Below, piece by piece: positions 19,839 through 30,814 of a DNA stretch of 64,000 bases (position 1 is the stretch's first letter; each line of letters opens with the position of its first letter). The translations under genes were made by a program, and so were the position numbers. A model generated the notes under the pieces. It saw nothing but the letters and a program-made list of their open reading frames with translations. It was not told the origin of the DNA and made no database searches. Origin of the DNA: Chitinophagales bacterium (lineage in GTDB: Bacteria; Bacteroidota; Bacteroidia; Chitinophagales; Saprospiraceae); NCBI GenBank assembly GCA_022360175.1, contig JAKSDI010000289.1, positions 1-64,000 of the forward strand. The letters run 5' to 3'.

Positions 19839-20135
19839 GGTTAAACTAATTCCTTGTTTTAAAATTACACTTCGACACACCTGCAACAAATTTAATCTTG
19901 TACTATGGATGTTATTTTTAACAGCTGGATATGGGCAATTCGGTTGTAAAAAATGGCTTGCCCAAAATTAAATTTGACTACATGTGCATCCAAAAGCAAA
20001 ACTCAAACATGTTCCAAGTTTAAAGGAAGATGTAAGATACTAATTGGTGCATTGTAAATGTGTGCTAAGTCCGCTAATACTTATAAACCTGAAGGTGCAG
20101 AACTATCGATGTGTACTATAAGTCCCGACAGGCAA

Positions 20136-21350
20136 TTATCCTACTAAACTAGAAGGCATCCTAAATTTAATAATCAATGACGACAAAATGGTAAGCCCAC
20201 CAATTAATAAGATCGCATATTCAATACCAAAAAGATCTGCAACAATACCGGAAAGGACCGCTCCAAAAGCATAACCCAAGTCTCTCCAAAGCCGAAAAGT
20301 ACCTATGCTTTCTGCTCTTTGTTGTGGACTAGTAGCTTGTGCAATAGTTGATAAAAAAGTAGGATATACCAAAGCCGTACCAAGCCCCAATATAGCGGAG
20401 AGTATCACTAATAATAAAAAGCTGCTGCTATACGGGATAAACAGGATTGCTATGCCTTGTAAGAGCATGCCCCAAAATAACATGCCTTTTTTAGAATAAT
20501 GATCAGACATCTTACCAGTAAACAATTGTCCAATACCCCAAACAGTAGGATATATAGCAGTGATAATGCCTATATTTTCACTATTAAAGCTCAGAGATAA
20601 TAATAGGATAGGTAAAAGTCCCCAGATCATTCCATCATTGAGGTTATTGATCAGGCCTGCCTGCGTTACGGAGCTTAAGGTTTTATTCTTGAAGGTTGTT
20701 TCAATGAATACGTTGTTGAGTGATTCTGTTTGATCCGTTACACTTTCTTTATTTACAAAACTACGGGTATCCTTTACCCAGAGCAGTGTCAGTAGTAAGC
20801 CCGCCAATGAGATAAAAATGCCTGTATAAAAAGGATAAGGTGTAATGCCATACCTATTGGCGACATAGCCTGTAAAAAAAGCGACCAGCCCAACCGCAAA
20901 GTAGCCCGCAAATTCATTCAGGCCCATTGCAAATCCTCTATCCTTTTCGCCTACCAGGTCAATCTTCATAACAACCGTACTGCTCCAGGTCAGGCCCTGA
21001 CTAATGCCCAGGAGTACATTCGCAAGGATCACCCAATTCCAGTGGGTAGCATATATCAGGATAAAGGGAATAGGAATGGCTAACAGCCAACCAAAAATCA
21101 GAAGGTTTCTTCGTCCAAATCGATTAGCCAGTTTGCCTGTGTAGTAGTTTGCAATGGCTTTTGTGATACCAAAGGCAGTGATAAATGAAAGGATAGCTGT
21201 TTTTGAAGCTACTCCAAATTCTATTTCTGCAAACTGAGGAAAGATAGTACGTTCCATCCCTACCATTCCCCCTACAAAAGCATTCACTACTACTAAAAGA
21301 GTGAATTGCTTCCAATTTTCCTTAAGGCCTAATTTAACATCATTTTGCAT
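20136..21350 (-). CDS. MFS transporter
   Basis: 12-TM topology with MFS signature loops (G..ANRFGRR). Confidence 0.85.
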   Translation of the reverse strand: MQNDVKLGLKENWKQFTLLVVVNAFVGGMVGMERTIFPQFAEIEFGVASKTAILSFITAFGITKAIANYYTGKLANRFGRRNLLIFGWLLAIPIPFILIYATHWNWVILANVLLGISQGLTWSSTVVMKIDLVGEKDRGFAMGLNEFAGYFAVGLVAFFTGYVANRYGITPYPFYTGIFISLAGLLLTLLWVKDTRSFVNKESVTDQTESLNNVFIETTFKNKTLSSVTQAGLINNLNDGMIWGLLPILLLSLSFNSENIGIITAIYPTVWGIGQLFTGKMSDHYSKKGMLFWGMLLQGIAILFIPYSSSFLLLVILSAILGLGTALVYPTFLSTIAQATSPQQRAESIGTFRLWRDLGYAFGAVLSGIVADLFGIEYAILLIGGLTILSSLIIKFRMPSSLVG

Positions 21351-21427
21351 ACCCTATAATACCCCTTAAGGCTACAAAAGTTTTATGCAAATTTTAGACT
21401 CTTTTATGCAAAGAGGCATTTTACCAT

Positions 21428-22141
21428 TCACTTAAAAACCACTCCTATCCTCAATCCAAGATCAATAAACCTCAGGTTGTTTAATGTAGGATCCCTAAAC
21501 CCTGGATCATCAAAAATTTCTACGGGTTGGTAAGCGATTTCAGGTTCCAGCATTAATTTAGTATTCGCACCTGAGTCAATTTCAAAACCAAAGCCAAGCG
21601 AAAGTTTATTGGTTACAGAGAGGGTTTTTTTGGCTATATTTTCATCCAATTCCAACTCATTGATACCACATTCAGACAAGATGGACGAGCCTGATTGGCT
21701 TATCTTTATTAAGTGAGTCATTCCAAATCTCATAAAAAATCGATCGGATTGGGAAGATGGATAATACTTTAGTTGTAATGGTAAACCTAGATAATGAATA
21801 TCCAGTTTATCCTCATACCAGGAATTGTATAAATCGTAACCTACTCCCTCTATAAAATCACATGCCAATCTAGGGGTATAGTCAACTATATCTAACCTAT
21901 CCAGGCTGTACAGCAGGCCTGATTCCAGATATAGCTTTTTATTGAGTTGGTAAATGATGGATGTCTGAATATTCAGACCAAATTGCGTATCATTTCTTCC
22001 CAGGTCTTTATCATCAAAAATTACCATGTTTACTTTGGGAGTAAAACTCAATCCCCAGGAGATTTTATCGTTTGACTGCGTATAGGCTTTCACCAAAAAA
22101 ATAAGCGCGAATATGCCAATGAGTAACCTTTTCAGTTTCAT
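21428..22141 (-). CDS. Outer-membrane beta-barrel protein (OmpA-like N-terminal barrel / porin family)
   Basis: Signal peptide, alternating amphipathic beta-strands, C-terminal aromatic residue (..VVFK). Confidence 0.6.
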   Translation of the reverse strand: MKLKRLLIGIFALIFLVKAYTQSNDKISWGLSFTPKVNMVIFDDKDLGRNDTQFGLNIQTSIIYQLNKKLYLESGLLYSLDRLDIVDYTPRLACDFIEGVGYDLYNSWYEDKLDIHYLGLPLQLKYYPSSQSDRFFMRFGMTHLIKISQSGSSILSECGINELELDENIAKKTLSVTNKLSLGFGFEIDSGANTKLMLEPEIAYQPVEIFDDPGFRDPTLNNLRFIDLGLRIGVVFK

Positions 22142-22222
22142 TTAGAGCGTCTTTTTATCCAGCTACAAAGTATATTATTGAACGTGAATTTCTCCTCCTC
22201 TAAAAAACTTATATGTTCTTTC

Positions 22223-22666
22223 TTATTTATCTTCTACAAATAGTTGAACATTATTAGCAACGGGCCCTTTAGGGCCTGCTCCTATTTCAAAAGTTACTTT
22301 GTCATTATCTTTTATCTCATCAATTAAGCTATCCGCATGTACAAAATAACTCTCTTTCGTTAAGGATTCTTCAATAAAACCATACCTCTTCTCTCTATTA
22401 TAAAATTTGACATATCCTTTTTTCATGAACTTGGACTCATCTCTCTCCGTTTTTTTCGGTACACTAACCTCTATGTCTTCAGCATTAATTTCTTTCCGTG
22501 CAGAAAGATCAGGAGGAGTAGCTGTTAAGTTTCCATTTTCATCCACATACATAAACTCTACTGGCTTCACACCATCTGTTTTCCGTTGTTTCTTCCTTTC
22601 TGCTTTATCCTGTTTTCTTTTACGTCTTTTCTTTTCTCTTTCTTTTTTATTATAACTATCTGCCAT
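22223..22666 (-). CDS. Cold-shock domain protein with a K/R-rich N-terminal extension
   Basis: C-terminal CSD motif GYVKFYNREKRYGFIE...FVHADSL. N-terminal region has about 25 K/R in 40 aa. Confidence 0.75.
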   Translation of the reverse strand: MADSYNKKEREKKRRKRKQDKAERKKQRKTDGVKPVEFMYVDENGNLTATPPDLSARKEINAEDIEVSVPKKTERDESKFMKKGYVKFYNREKRYGFIEESLTKESYFVHADSLIDEIKDNDKVTFEIGAGPKGPVANNVQLFVEDK

Positions 22667-22867
22667 CCCACAATTATTTACAGTTAATCAATACGCTACA
22701 ATCAAATTCAAGCAAATAGTTTGATTTTCAATCTATCCAATTAAGTTTGAATATAACTTTCAACTCCAAGATAGTCACTTTTACCCATAAAGTGAATAAA
22801 TCACTTTCATTACTCAGCATTTGCGTATAAAACACCCTTGACTTTGTACGCCTCACAAGCTATTAAG

Positions 22868-23593
22868 TCAATACTTATAATCACATCTGAGCAGTGCTGT
22901 CCCCATGCTAAACTCAAATTCTTGTATTATTTTCTCTCCTTCCCGATTTTTGGCAGGGCTCCAATTTGGCATATTGCAAATAGCTTTCAACATTATTTGA
23001 TCAATTTCGTCATATTCGGAAGTTTTAAAAATTTCTGCATCAGAAACATGTCCTTCTTCATTGATATTAAATCTCACTTTTGCCAATTCAAGCTGACGGT
23101 CCCTTCCTGCCAAAATTTCATTGATTACATTTTCTTTTAAATACACTTTTAAAGCCTGCTGTCCACCAGGGTATTTTGCTTCATATATCGGTACCATTCT
23201 CAGCGAAAAAGCAATCTTTCTTGGAGGATTGTCTTTCAACTTATTTTCGGGTATGTAATCCACTTCCACCTCAATATTACAATCTACATCCGTTGTTGTT
23301 AATATATTCATCTGAGCAGGAGTCAGTATATCATCTGTGCTCATAGCTTTTTTGCTCTCCTCTCCACATATTGAAGCAACCTTTACCTTTATATACCGTG
23401 CCACCCAATTGGATCGATACCTGGTATTGATGTCACTAAGTGTCCTGGCTTCCTTTAGAGTGTCCAGCGTTAGCAATGAATATGGCTCAGCATATGGGTT
23501 GGTCAGTGTCCCATAAATCTCATAGCCTATTTTTTGAGAAAAGACTGAAAAAGCTAGAAGAAATAATATCAAGGTAGCAAAGGAATTTTTCAT
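22868..23593 (-). CDS. Exported protein with a TonB-C-terminal-like domain
   Basis: Signal peptide. YEAKYPGGQQALKVYLKENV resembles the conserved (A/P)xYPGG start of TonB-C/energy-transducer domains. Confidence 0.5.
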   Translation of the reverse strand: MKNSFATLILFLLAFSVFSQKIGYEIYGTLTNPYAEPYSLLTLDTLKEARTLSDINTRYRSNWVARYIKVKVASICGEESKKAMSTDDILTPAQMNILTTTDVDCNIEVEVDYIPENKLKDNPPRKIAFSLRMVPIYEAKYPGGQQALKVYLKENVINEILAGRDRQLELAKVRFNINEEGHVSDAEIFKTSEYDEIDQIMLKAICNMPNWSPAKNREGEKIIQEFEFSMGTALLRCDYKY

Positions 23594-23760
23594 AAAAGTG
23601 TTTTACTTAAAGGTAAGTTTGAACACCTACTTATCAACTCTGCTATTGTAAATTATGGTAAAACGAGTGTAAAAGCATGATCTCATCCACCTAAGCATCC
23701 TGGATATGATAGTGGGTTTATTTTTATAAAGTAAAAATAGTGACTTGGAACTGATTCAAA

Positions 23761-23826
23761 CTTATAGAAAGTTCCCCTCAGCCTTGCAGGCAATTCCCCA
23801 GAGGAGCCTATCCCTCTCAGACAGAT
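23761..23826. repeat. Family A repeat, copy 2 (most diverged)
   Basis: cttatagaaagttcccctcagccttgcaggcaattccccagaggagcc.... Confidence 0.6.
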
Positions 23827-23959
23827 CGTGTTGATTGGAGGGATAAATCAGCTAAAAGCCGAGGGAGGAATAGATATTAAGGTGCTAAAAAGACAGTTTG
23901 AATCTCTTCCTGGATTAATTTCCAAATCACTATCTTTTATACTTTTCTTTAGGTGCTTT

Positions 23960-24706
23960 TTAATTTCTTCCAGCTATAACACCACCATCTATATCCCAAA
24001 TTGCTCCCGTAACCCAAGATGCTTTTTCTGAAAGCAAGTATAAAATACTATTTGCTATATCATCAGGTGTTCCATTTCTTCCTATTGGATGAAATCCGTT
24101 AAAGCCTTCTAATGCTTTTTCAGCTTCTTCTTTTCCTCCAAAAACCCCATGATAAACAGGTGTGTTTACTACTGCCGGCGATACTGCATTTACTCGAATG
24201 TTATCATCCGCCAATTCCATGGCCAGATGTTGCGTTAAAGAATGTAAGCCCGCTTTTTGCATAGAATAAGCAGAAGAAGGTGTAGCTTTTACCGCCTGTT
24301 TTGCCCACATTGAGCCGACATTTACAATTGACCCTCCGCTTGAAGATTTCATTTTTTTTGCGGCACTTTGTGTAATAAAAAAGAAGCCCCTATTCAAATC
24401 CAGGTATGAATTATAATCTTCTAGCGTGTGCTCAATAAATGGTTTCGGAGCAAATATTCCAGATGCATTTACCAGATAGTCCAGCTTATCTAAGGAGCTG
24501 ATTTTTGAGATCAATGCCTCCACTTCATCGGTATTAGAAATATTCACTTTATGCTTAATGAGACTAGGGGCATCTGCTACCTTTTCCACGTTTCTACCTA
24601 CAATATGTACTGTTGCGCCACCTTCTAATAAGGCATTTGCCGTCGCATGCCCAATTCCGCTGGTACCTCCGATGACTAAGGCTACTTTTTTTTCGAACTC
24701 TTTCAT
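23960..24706 (-). CDS. SDR-family NAD(P)-dependent oxidoreductase
   Basis: [16 protein letters not shown] (TGxxxGxG) and a YxxxK active site. Confidence 0.9.
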   Translation of the reverse strand: MKEFEKKVALVIGGTSGIGHATANALLEGGATVHIVGRNVEKVADAPSLIKHKVNISNTDEVEALISKISSLDKLDYLVNASGIFAPKPFIEHTLEDYNSYLDLNRGFFFITQSAAKKMKSSSGGSIVNVGSMWAKQAVKATPSSAYSMQKAGLHSLTQHLAMELADDNIRVNAVSPAVVNTPVYHGVFGGKEEAEKALEGFNGFHPIGRNGTPDDIANSILYLLSEKASWVTGAIWDIDGGVIAGRN

Positions 24707-24766
24707 TATATATTTATTAAGTTTAAAAAATAGACAGACCAGTCTGTCTTTATATGTTTAAATTTT

Positions 24767-25330
24767 TTATCCTATGATTTGTGAGCACAAAATCTTTGCT
24801 TCTTTAATGGGCCAATCTTCCTGGTGCAAATGACTTTCACTTACAGCACTCTCGTATAGCAGATAGATTCGCCTGGTAAGAGCATTGATTTCTTTTTCCT
24901 CAATGCCTGTCAGGTTACTAGCAACCAGGCCTGTGATCAACTGAATGAAGAGGTTCTTCTGGGTTTGGATTTCATTTCGGATTCTTTCATTATCCTTTGG
25001 GATTTCTGAAACTGTTTTGATACACCAACAGCCGTTAAAATCTTTATCTCTGAAGAATTGTTGGAGAAAATCAAAAATGGCCAATATCTGAGTTTTACCT
25101 TTTGGTTTGGATATCGCATATGCTTTAATATCATTCAAAAAAGTGGTGTTTTTGAATTGAAGGTAAGCAAGACAAATATCTTCTTTTGATTTAAAATGAT
25201 TATACAAAGTCGCTTTCGCTATCCCTGCTTCTGAAATAATTTCATTTATTCCTGTAGAATTATACCCATTCTTATAAAACAAGAAAGATGCCGTTTCAAC
25301 GATTCTATTTTTTACTTCAGAATGTTTCAT
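24767..25330 (-). CDS. TetR/AcrR-family transcriptional regulator
   Basis: N-terminal HTH TGINEIISEAGIAKATLYNHFKSKEDI. Confidence 0.85.
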   Translation of the reverse strand: MKHSEVKNRIVETASFLFYKNGYNSTGINEIISEAGIAKATLYNHFKSKEDICLAYLQFKNTTFLNDIKAYAISKPKGKTQILAIFDFLQQFFRDKDFNGCWCIKTVSEIPKDNERIRNEIQTQKNLFIQLITGLVASNLTGIEEKEINALTRRIYLLYESAVSESHLHQEDWPIKEAKILCSQIIG

Positions 25331-25452
25331 GAGACAAATATAGAATAAAATATCAAAAAAGACAGACCTGTCTACCTTTTTTCAATTAAAGATAAACGTA
25401 ATATATGAGGAGAACAACAGCATTTATTGATTTAATGGCTTTCTCCGTGGTA

Positions 25453-26460
25453 CTACAGTTGATTAATCACGCTAACTGCTAACTGCATTATTTCTACTGT
25501 TGATCTTGCATTATCCCAGTGTCCAGTAGTAATAACGATGAGATCTTTTTCAGGCACAATAAATAAGTGCTGGCCTCCGCTACCTCCTGCGAAATAGAAA
25601 AAAGGACTATCGTCTTTAGAAGTCATCCATAGATAACCATAATTCATCAGAGCAGTTGCCTCCTGAGCTTTCCCGGTCATTTTTTTGATCCATTCTTTAG
25701 CAATAATTTGTTGGCCATTATATGATCCATCATTCAGAAGCATTTGCCCAATTTTGAGTAAATCTTCCGGTTTTAAGTACAACTCAGAATTTCCGTAGTA
25801 CTCTCCTGCTCTATCCTGCCCCCAGGCAACATTCGTAATTTGTAAAGGCTCAAAGAGGTTTTCATTGGCAAAACTTAGCGTAGACTGTCCTGTGGCTCTT
25901 GACAAAACTCCAGACAAGAGATGTGCAACTGCTGAGTTATAGGAAAATTTGGTACCTGGTAGCGTATCCATTGGGAATTCATCTAATAAGAAACAATGAG
26001 GGCTTTCATGAAACCACCAGTCATCTTTAATCAAAGCCCGATTATTCCACGCAATACCTGCTTGCATCAATAACAATTGTTCGATTGTAATATTCTTTTT
26101 ATCCGCCAGAGATTTTTCACTCAATTCACATTCATCAAAAAAGTTTATCACTGGTTGTTGAAGGTTTTTAATATACCCCTGATCCATCGCTATTCCCACC
26201 AATAAACCAAGCATGCTTTTAGTAATGGATTTAAGATTGTTTAAACTGTCTGCACTAAAACCATTAAAATATTCAGTGTATAGATTATTGTTCTTTTCAT
26301 AGACTATGAGGCTATGGATGTCATTTGTCATAGTCGGGTTAGCCAAAAAGGCTTCTTTGACCAGGTTTTCTATCTTACCAGTGCGTTCATTCATTGCTTT
26401 CTGAGACAAAGCACAATTAGTACAGAATAGTAGGATGAAGAAATAAAAGAATTGATTCAT
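25453..26460 (-). CDS. Serine hydrolase of the beta-lactamase (class C-like / PBP) family
   Basis: Signal peptide. SITK (SxxK) and YNS (YxN) motifs. Confidence 0.8.
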   Translation of the reverse strand: MNQFFYFFILLFCTNCALSQKAMNERTGKIENLVKEAFLANPTMTNDIHSLIVYEKNNNLYTEYFNGFSADSLNNLKSITKSMLGLLVGIAMDQGYIKNLQQPVINFFDECELSEKSLADKKNITIEQLLLMQAGIAWNNRALIKDDWWFHESPHCFLLDEFPMDTLPGTKFSYNSAVAHLLSGVLSRATGQSTLSFANENLFEPLQITNVAWGQDRAGEYYGNSELYLKPEDLLKIGQMLLNDGSYNGQQIIAKEWIKKMTGKAQEATALMNYGYLWMTSKDDSPFFYFAGGSGGQHLFIVPEKDLIVITTGHWDNARSTVEIMQLAVSVINQL

Positions 26461-26505
26461 CTCTTTGCAGATTTGTTTATGGTTAGTAAGTACTTCTTTG
26501 GCTTA

Positions 26506-26955
26506 TCATTCTTCAAAATTCCAGAAAACATCCATAATTAACCATTCCCCCTCTAGTTTCGCCAAGTGGATATATTCTTTCCATTTCAGGCCTGGGTATC
26601 CCGTACTTAGAATTACTGATGCAAAATTTCTATCCATGAAAATGCTATCCACTTTGTTCGACTGTAGATTAAGAGGAAGTGCCTGTTTATTATTCATAAG
26701 AGCTTTCAAGGCCGGTTTAGGATACTCTTCACTTAGTGTTCCATCCTGATTTACTCCTCTCTTTGCCAGACGGTCGTGGAGATGCTTTTCCATATTGTTA
26801 TAATCATTCAGAAAGAAGTTTTCAATATACCCTAGGACAGCCGTTTTAATTTCTTGTTTTTCCTGTTCACTATTTTGTGCACAAGCCAAAAAAGGTAGCA
26901 CAGTAAGTGCAAGTAGAATTCTTATCTTTATCATATGTTTCTTATTTAGGCTCAA
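26506..26955 (-). CDS. Exported NTF2-like (putative lumazine-binding / SnoaL-like) protein
   Basis: Signal peptide. About 125-aa mature domain with an NTF2-like hydrophobic pattern. Confidence 0.45.
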   Translation of the reverse strand: MSLNKKHMIKIRILLALTVLPFLACAQNSEQEKQEIKTAVLGYIENFFLNDYNNMEKHLHDRLAKRGVNQDGTLSEEYPKPALKALMNNKQALPLNLQSNKVDSIFMDRNFASVILSTGYPGLKWKEYIHLAKLEGEWLIMDVFWNFEE

Positions 26956-27014
26956 ATAAAGTCAATGCCATAAGAAAGCATTTGCCAGATATTGCGAAAA
27001 CACTCTTTTGGGAT

Positions 27015-27902
27015 ATGAATTTTAAGGAAAATATATGCTTACTGAACCCTAGTGGTGGAAATCAGTTCCCAGAGCGATTTGAAAATGAGATTTATTATGT
27101 AGAAGGACTTTTAGGGAAATTTACTCCATTAAATTACATCTCGAACTTTTCTTTAAAATATGTTTTCCAAGGGGAGGAACACTATATCGTAAATAACGCC
27201 AAGAAGAAAATCAGTGACGGGCAGTACTTAGTGGTTAATAACCAATCTGAAGTGTGCAGAATATCCTCTCGTGGTACTTCTTTTTCCATCTTCCTTGGGG
27301 CAGATTTACTTGGCGAATGTTACAGATCACTGACGATGAACAATGAAAAGCTACTGGAATATCCATTCACAGAAAGGCAAAACGAAGTAGAATTGTTTGA
27401 TGACGTGATACAGGGAAAGCTAGATTTTTTACTCCATCTGAAATCCAGAGTTATTTCCGATCCAAATCTTATCATCCCTATTGATTATTATTTTGAACTT
27501 GGACATTCTTTATTATCAAATCAAAATAAAATTTTCAGGCAAATCAACCGATTAGATCGAGGAAAATTTTCTACTAGAAAAGAAGTTTTCAAAAGAATCA
27601 ACATCGCACGAAATTATCTGGAAGACACCATTTTCGATGAGTTTGACCTGAATAAGCTTTCACGGGTATCCTCATTGTCAAAATTTCAGCTAATTAGGGA
27701 TTTCAAATGTGCTTTTGGGACAACACCTCACCGCTACTTCATTTTAAAAAAATTGTCTTTGGCTTTTAAAATGATAAGATCAAATCAATCTTCTACTTTG
27801 AATGAAATCGCTTACAAACTAAACTATTCAAGCCTATCCTCGTTTAGCAGGCAATTCAAACAAGTTTATGGAGTAAGTCCTATCACTATAAGAAATAAAT
27901 AA
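27015..27902 (+). CDS. AraC-family transcriptional regulator
   Basis: C-terminal double HTH (LSRVSSLSKFQLIRDFKCAFGTTPHRYF...). The ORF is open from 26907, but that start overlaps the convergent gene, so I called the start at the internal Met. Confidence 0.75.
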   Translation: MNFKENICLLNPSGGNQFPERFENEIYYVEGLLGKFTPLNYISNFSLKYVFQGEEHYIVNNAKKKISDGQYLVVNNQSEVCRISSRGTSFSIFLGADLLGECYRSLTMNNEKLLEYPFTERQNEVELFDDVIQGKLDFLLHLKSRVISDPNLIIPIDYYFELGHSLLSNQNKIFRQINRLDRGKFSTRKEVFKRINIARNYLEDTIFDEFDLNKLSRVSSLSKFQLIRDFKCAFGTTPHRYFILKKLSLAFKMIRSNQSSTLNEIAYKLNYSSLSSFSRQFKQVYGVSPITIRNK

Positions 27903-27943
27903 GGCAATTTCTTTCTCATAATATGTAACAGCCACAACCTCTA

Positions 27944-28846
27944 TTATTCCATTTTCATATAATCCTCCACATTCTCAATTACCTTCTTCGATAATCGATC
28001 AATCGCCTCTGACGTCCATCCTCCCACTTTTTGGCTTACAATAATTTGCTTGTACTTCTGAAACTCTTCTTGATGTTCTCCTACCCCATCGCCATCAAAT
28101 ATGGCATAATTATAATCTTCGCTTATCCAGTTTAAAAAGCTATCCTTTTCAAAGGTTAATCCCAATGATGTATTAATTAATATTTTCCCATTTCCGAAGG
28201 CTCTGAAGTGTTCGTCATCCAATAAATTAGTGTTTTTGGGTAAATGGGTAGAAATAATTTCACAATTGGAAAGTAGTTCTTTTAGTGGCATATAATTAAC
28301 TCCGTCATCCTCAACATTCGGTTTCCGACTTCTATTATAATAACTTACCTCCATCTGAAATGCCTTTGCTCTGTCTGCCAGCATTTGGCCTGTAGTGCCC
28401 ATTCCAATAATTCCAAGTTTTCTGTTTGTTAGTTCAACCGGTTCATCCTTCCATTGATTTTCACCTAACCCTTTTATCAGCCTGATTAATTCTGAAATTA
28501 TAAATTCGATGAGCCCTTCATCTCCATAATCACGAACTCCTCTTACTTCAATACCATTGTTTCTTGCATATTTTATATCCACGTTAGCGGAAGATGCATC
28601 ATACAAGCTGCAACACATTCCCACATATTTCAAATTTGGGCACTCCTTCATTACCTTTTCAGAAATCCGGGTATTCCATGAGACTAATACACAGTCCGCT
28701 TTTCCAATTCTCCTTACCAATACTGAATCTGATCCCGGATAGTCTTCATACACATCGACTGCTTCTATTGAGTATTTCTGTAGGTCCGAAATAGCCCAAT
28801 CTCTCAATCCTGTTTTATCTACTAACACGATTTTATTGAACTTCAT
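27944..28846 (-). CDS. D-isomer-specific 2-hydroxyacid dehydrogenase family protein
   Basis: NAD-binding GIIGMGTTGQMLADRAKAF, and a size and overall pattern typical of D-2-hydroxyacid dehydrogenases. Confidence 0.8.
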   Translation of the reverse strand: MKFNKIVLVDKTGLRDWAISDLQKYSIEAVDVYEDYPGSDSVLVRRIGKADCVLVSWNTRISEKVMKECPNLKYVGMCCSLYDASSANVDIKYARNNGIEVRGVRDYGDEGLIEFIISELIRLIKGLGENQWKDEPVELTNRKLGIIGMGTTGQMLADRAKAFQMEVSYYNRSRKPNVEDDGVNYMPLKELLSNCEIISTHLPKNTNLLDDEHFRAFGNGKILINTSLGLTFEKDSFLNWISEDYNYAIFDGDGVGEHQEEFQKYKQIIVSQKVGGWTSEAIDRLSKKVIENVEDYMKME

Positions 28847-28934
28847 TCTTTCAGTTTTTTGTCGTAATAGCCAATGCTGTGCAGAGAAAAGTTTGCACCT
28901 TCGCTTAAAATATTAAAAAGTTGCTCTCAAACTC

Positions 28935-29324
28935 CTAAAACTCAAAATCAGGAATCGGCGCAGATACATCTACTAAAGCACCATTAGGATCTTTTATTAG
29001 TAGTCTTCTTTGTCCATAAAAAGTATCGGTGGGCTCGCTTAGGATATTGAAATTTTCAGCCTTGGCAATTTCGTATATGGCATCTACATTTTCTACTACA
29101 AAAGTTAGATAAAATCCGTTGGGGTTGGTTTGAAATTCGGTAGGGACGATTTCGTTATTTTTATCAATTATTCCCAATTCCAGTTGCTTGTCTTTAGAGA
29201 TTAGGTGTACAAACCAATCGCTATCATAATTGACATCAAAATCAAATAACTTTACGTAAAAAGCTCTACTTTCCGGGAGATTAGTAGAGCAGATATTGGT
29301 CATTAGCCTGTTTATCTTTGCCAT
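28935..29324 (-). CDS. VOC-family protein (glyoxalase / bleomycin-resistance fold)
   Basis: 129 aa with paired beta-alpha-beta-beta-beta modules (FYVKLFDF ... IKDPNGALVDV). Confidence 0.7.
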   Translation of the reverse strand: MAKINRLMTNICSTNLPESRAFYVKLFDFDVNYDSDWFVHLISKDKQLELGIIDKNNEIVPTEFQTNPNGFYLTFVVENVDAIYEIAKAENFNILSEPTDTFYGQRRLLIKDPNGALVDVSAPIPDFEF

Positions 29325-29333
29325 CTTAGGGTT

Positions 29334-29876
29334 TTATTTTTGTTTCCAGTCTGATTGATTGATTCGAAATACATTAACGGGATTGCCGTGATAATCATCA
29401 ATTCTCTTTTCGAGAGACATCCCATTTCTGATCGCTACTTTTTCCGAACCAATATTATCTACATGTATAATAGAAATTAGTTGATCCCTCCAATCATTTT
29501 CAAAGGCATAATTTTTACATTTTTGAGCAGCCTCAGAAGCATAACCTTTATTGCGGTATTGTGGTAGTATTGAATAGCCAATTTCCATACGTTCTACGCC
29601 TTCTACAGTCTGGATTAAAAGCCCACATTGCCCCACCATTAGATTGGATGCTTTGTCAATCAGTACATTCATCCCTCCAAGGCCATTTTCATAGCGGTTA
29701 AATACTTTATCAAACCAGGTTTGGCAAAGTTCATGTTTGGACAAATTAGGATCAAAGCCTAAAAAGGTAGCGGTAGCTTTGCTATCAAATAAATCCAGCC
29801 AGGCATCAAAATCGTCCTTTTCTACTGGCCTGAAATGGAGCCGTTCGGTGCTAATGTTGTGGAGTAAATATTTCAT
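29334..29876 (-). CDS. GNAT N-acetyltransferase (RimJ/RimL-like)
   Basis: TERLHFRPVEKDDF N-terminus and motif A (QCGL...GYASEAA). I placed the start at the internal Met (MKYLLHN). Confidence 0.8.
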   Translation of the reverse strand: MKYLLHNISTERLHFRPVEKDDFDAWLDLFDSKATATFLGFDPNLSKHELCQTWFDKVFNRYENGLGGMNVLIDKASNLMVGQCGLLIQTVEGVERMEIGYSILPQYRNKGYASEAAQKCKNYAFENDWRDQLISIIHVDNIGSEKVAIRNGMSLEKRIDDYHGNPVNVFRINQSDWKQK

Positions 29877-29973
29877 TGTATGGTGGTGTTCTATTAGAAA
29901 GCAGGTAATTTTCTGGCAATATAAAGCCTCCAATCATAATAGTCTTTATACTCCTGATATTTTCTTATTTCAT

Positions 29974-30630
29974 TTACTCCTTCTTCATGGTGATAGTCGT
30001 AAATTCTCTGTCTACCAGATCGCCTGCTTTACTTTTTACAACTTCTGTTTGAGTCTCTGCTCCAATAATTTTAAACGGAGTAGCATCAACAAGCTTAGCT
30101 ATTTTGTCATTATCATAAAGCTCAAAGTGAAATTGACTAAAAGGTAATTGCTTCATAAATTCCATCTGAGCGAAAGTAATGCTCATCATCCCGTTTGGGC
30201 TTGTTACTCTATATAATTCAGATAAAAGAAGTTCCGGTTTTGACCAAAAATAGATGGTATTAACCGTAAATATCCTGTCGAAATAATTGTCAGGAAAAGG
30301 AATATTTAATCCATCGTATAAGTAAAACGAGGCTTGTTGGGTATCGGTATATGCTTTATTGATTCGTTGAGACTCTTGGTTCATCAATTCTGACATTTCT
30401 AATCCACAATAGGTCAGATTAGCCCCCTGATTTAATAAGTGCTCCAGGTGAGTGCAGTTAGCATGCCCAAGTTCCAATAGGCGGTTATTATCAAGGATAT
30501 TCAGGCATTTTATAGAATGATATATCATTCTGATGTTTGTTTCGTTCATCGTTTTTGCTACCTCAATACCCTTCATTCCTTGTGGCTGCCTCAATTGAGA
30601 GGCTAAGTCTTCCATGTTTTCATTATCCAT
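29974..30630 (-). CDS. Class I SAM-dependent methyltransferase
   Basis: Motif I LELGHANC, post-I acidic residue, and a Rossmann-like pattern. Confidence 0.75.
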   Translation of the reverse strand: MDNENMEDLASQLRQPQGMKGIEVAKTMNETNIRMIYHSIKCLNILDNNRLLELGHANCTHLEHLLNQGANLTYCGLEMSELMNQESQRINKAYTDTQQASFYLYDGLNIPFPDNYFDRIFTVNTIYFWSKPELLLSELYRVTSPNGMMSITFAQMEFMKQLPFSQFHFELYDNDKIAKLVDATPFKIIGAETQTEVVKSKAGDLVDREFTTITMKKE

Positions 30631-30724
30631 TGAAAATATTTTTTTAGGCTCCAGCTGTTCTTTTCAATAACAAACATATTATTTTTGATTTGTTCACTTA
30701 GTTAAGATCATCAATTGATTAAAA

Positions 30725-30803
30725 CGCATAGAAGGTCCCCCTCAGCCCTGCGGGCAGCTCCTCCCAAGGGAGCACAGCACTTATACCCCTCCCAGACAGG
30801 TCT
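30725..30803. repeat. Family A repeat, copy 3
   Basis: catagaaggtccccctcagccctgcgggcagctcctcccaagggagcacagcacttatacccctcccagacaggtctt. Confidence 0.8.
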
Positions 30804-30814
30804 TAGCAAAATAT

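Noticed and set aside
22407-23140. Small plus-strand ORFs (22407-22655, 22838-23140) opposite the cold-shock and TonB-like genes
   Set aside because: They are antisense to better-supported genes and have no features.
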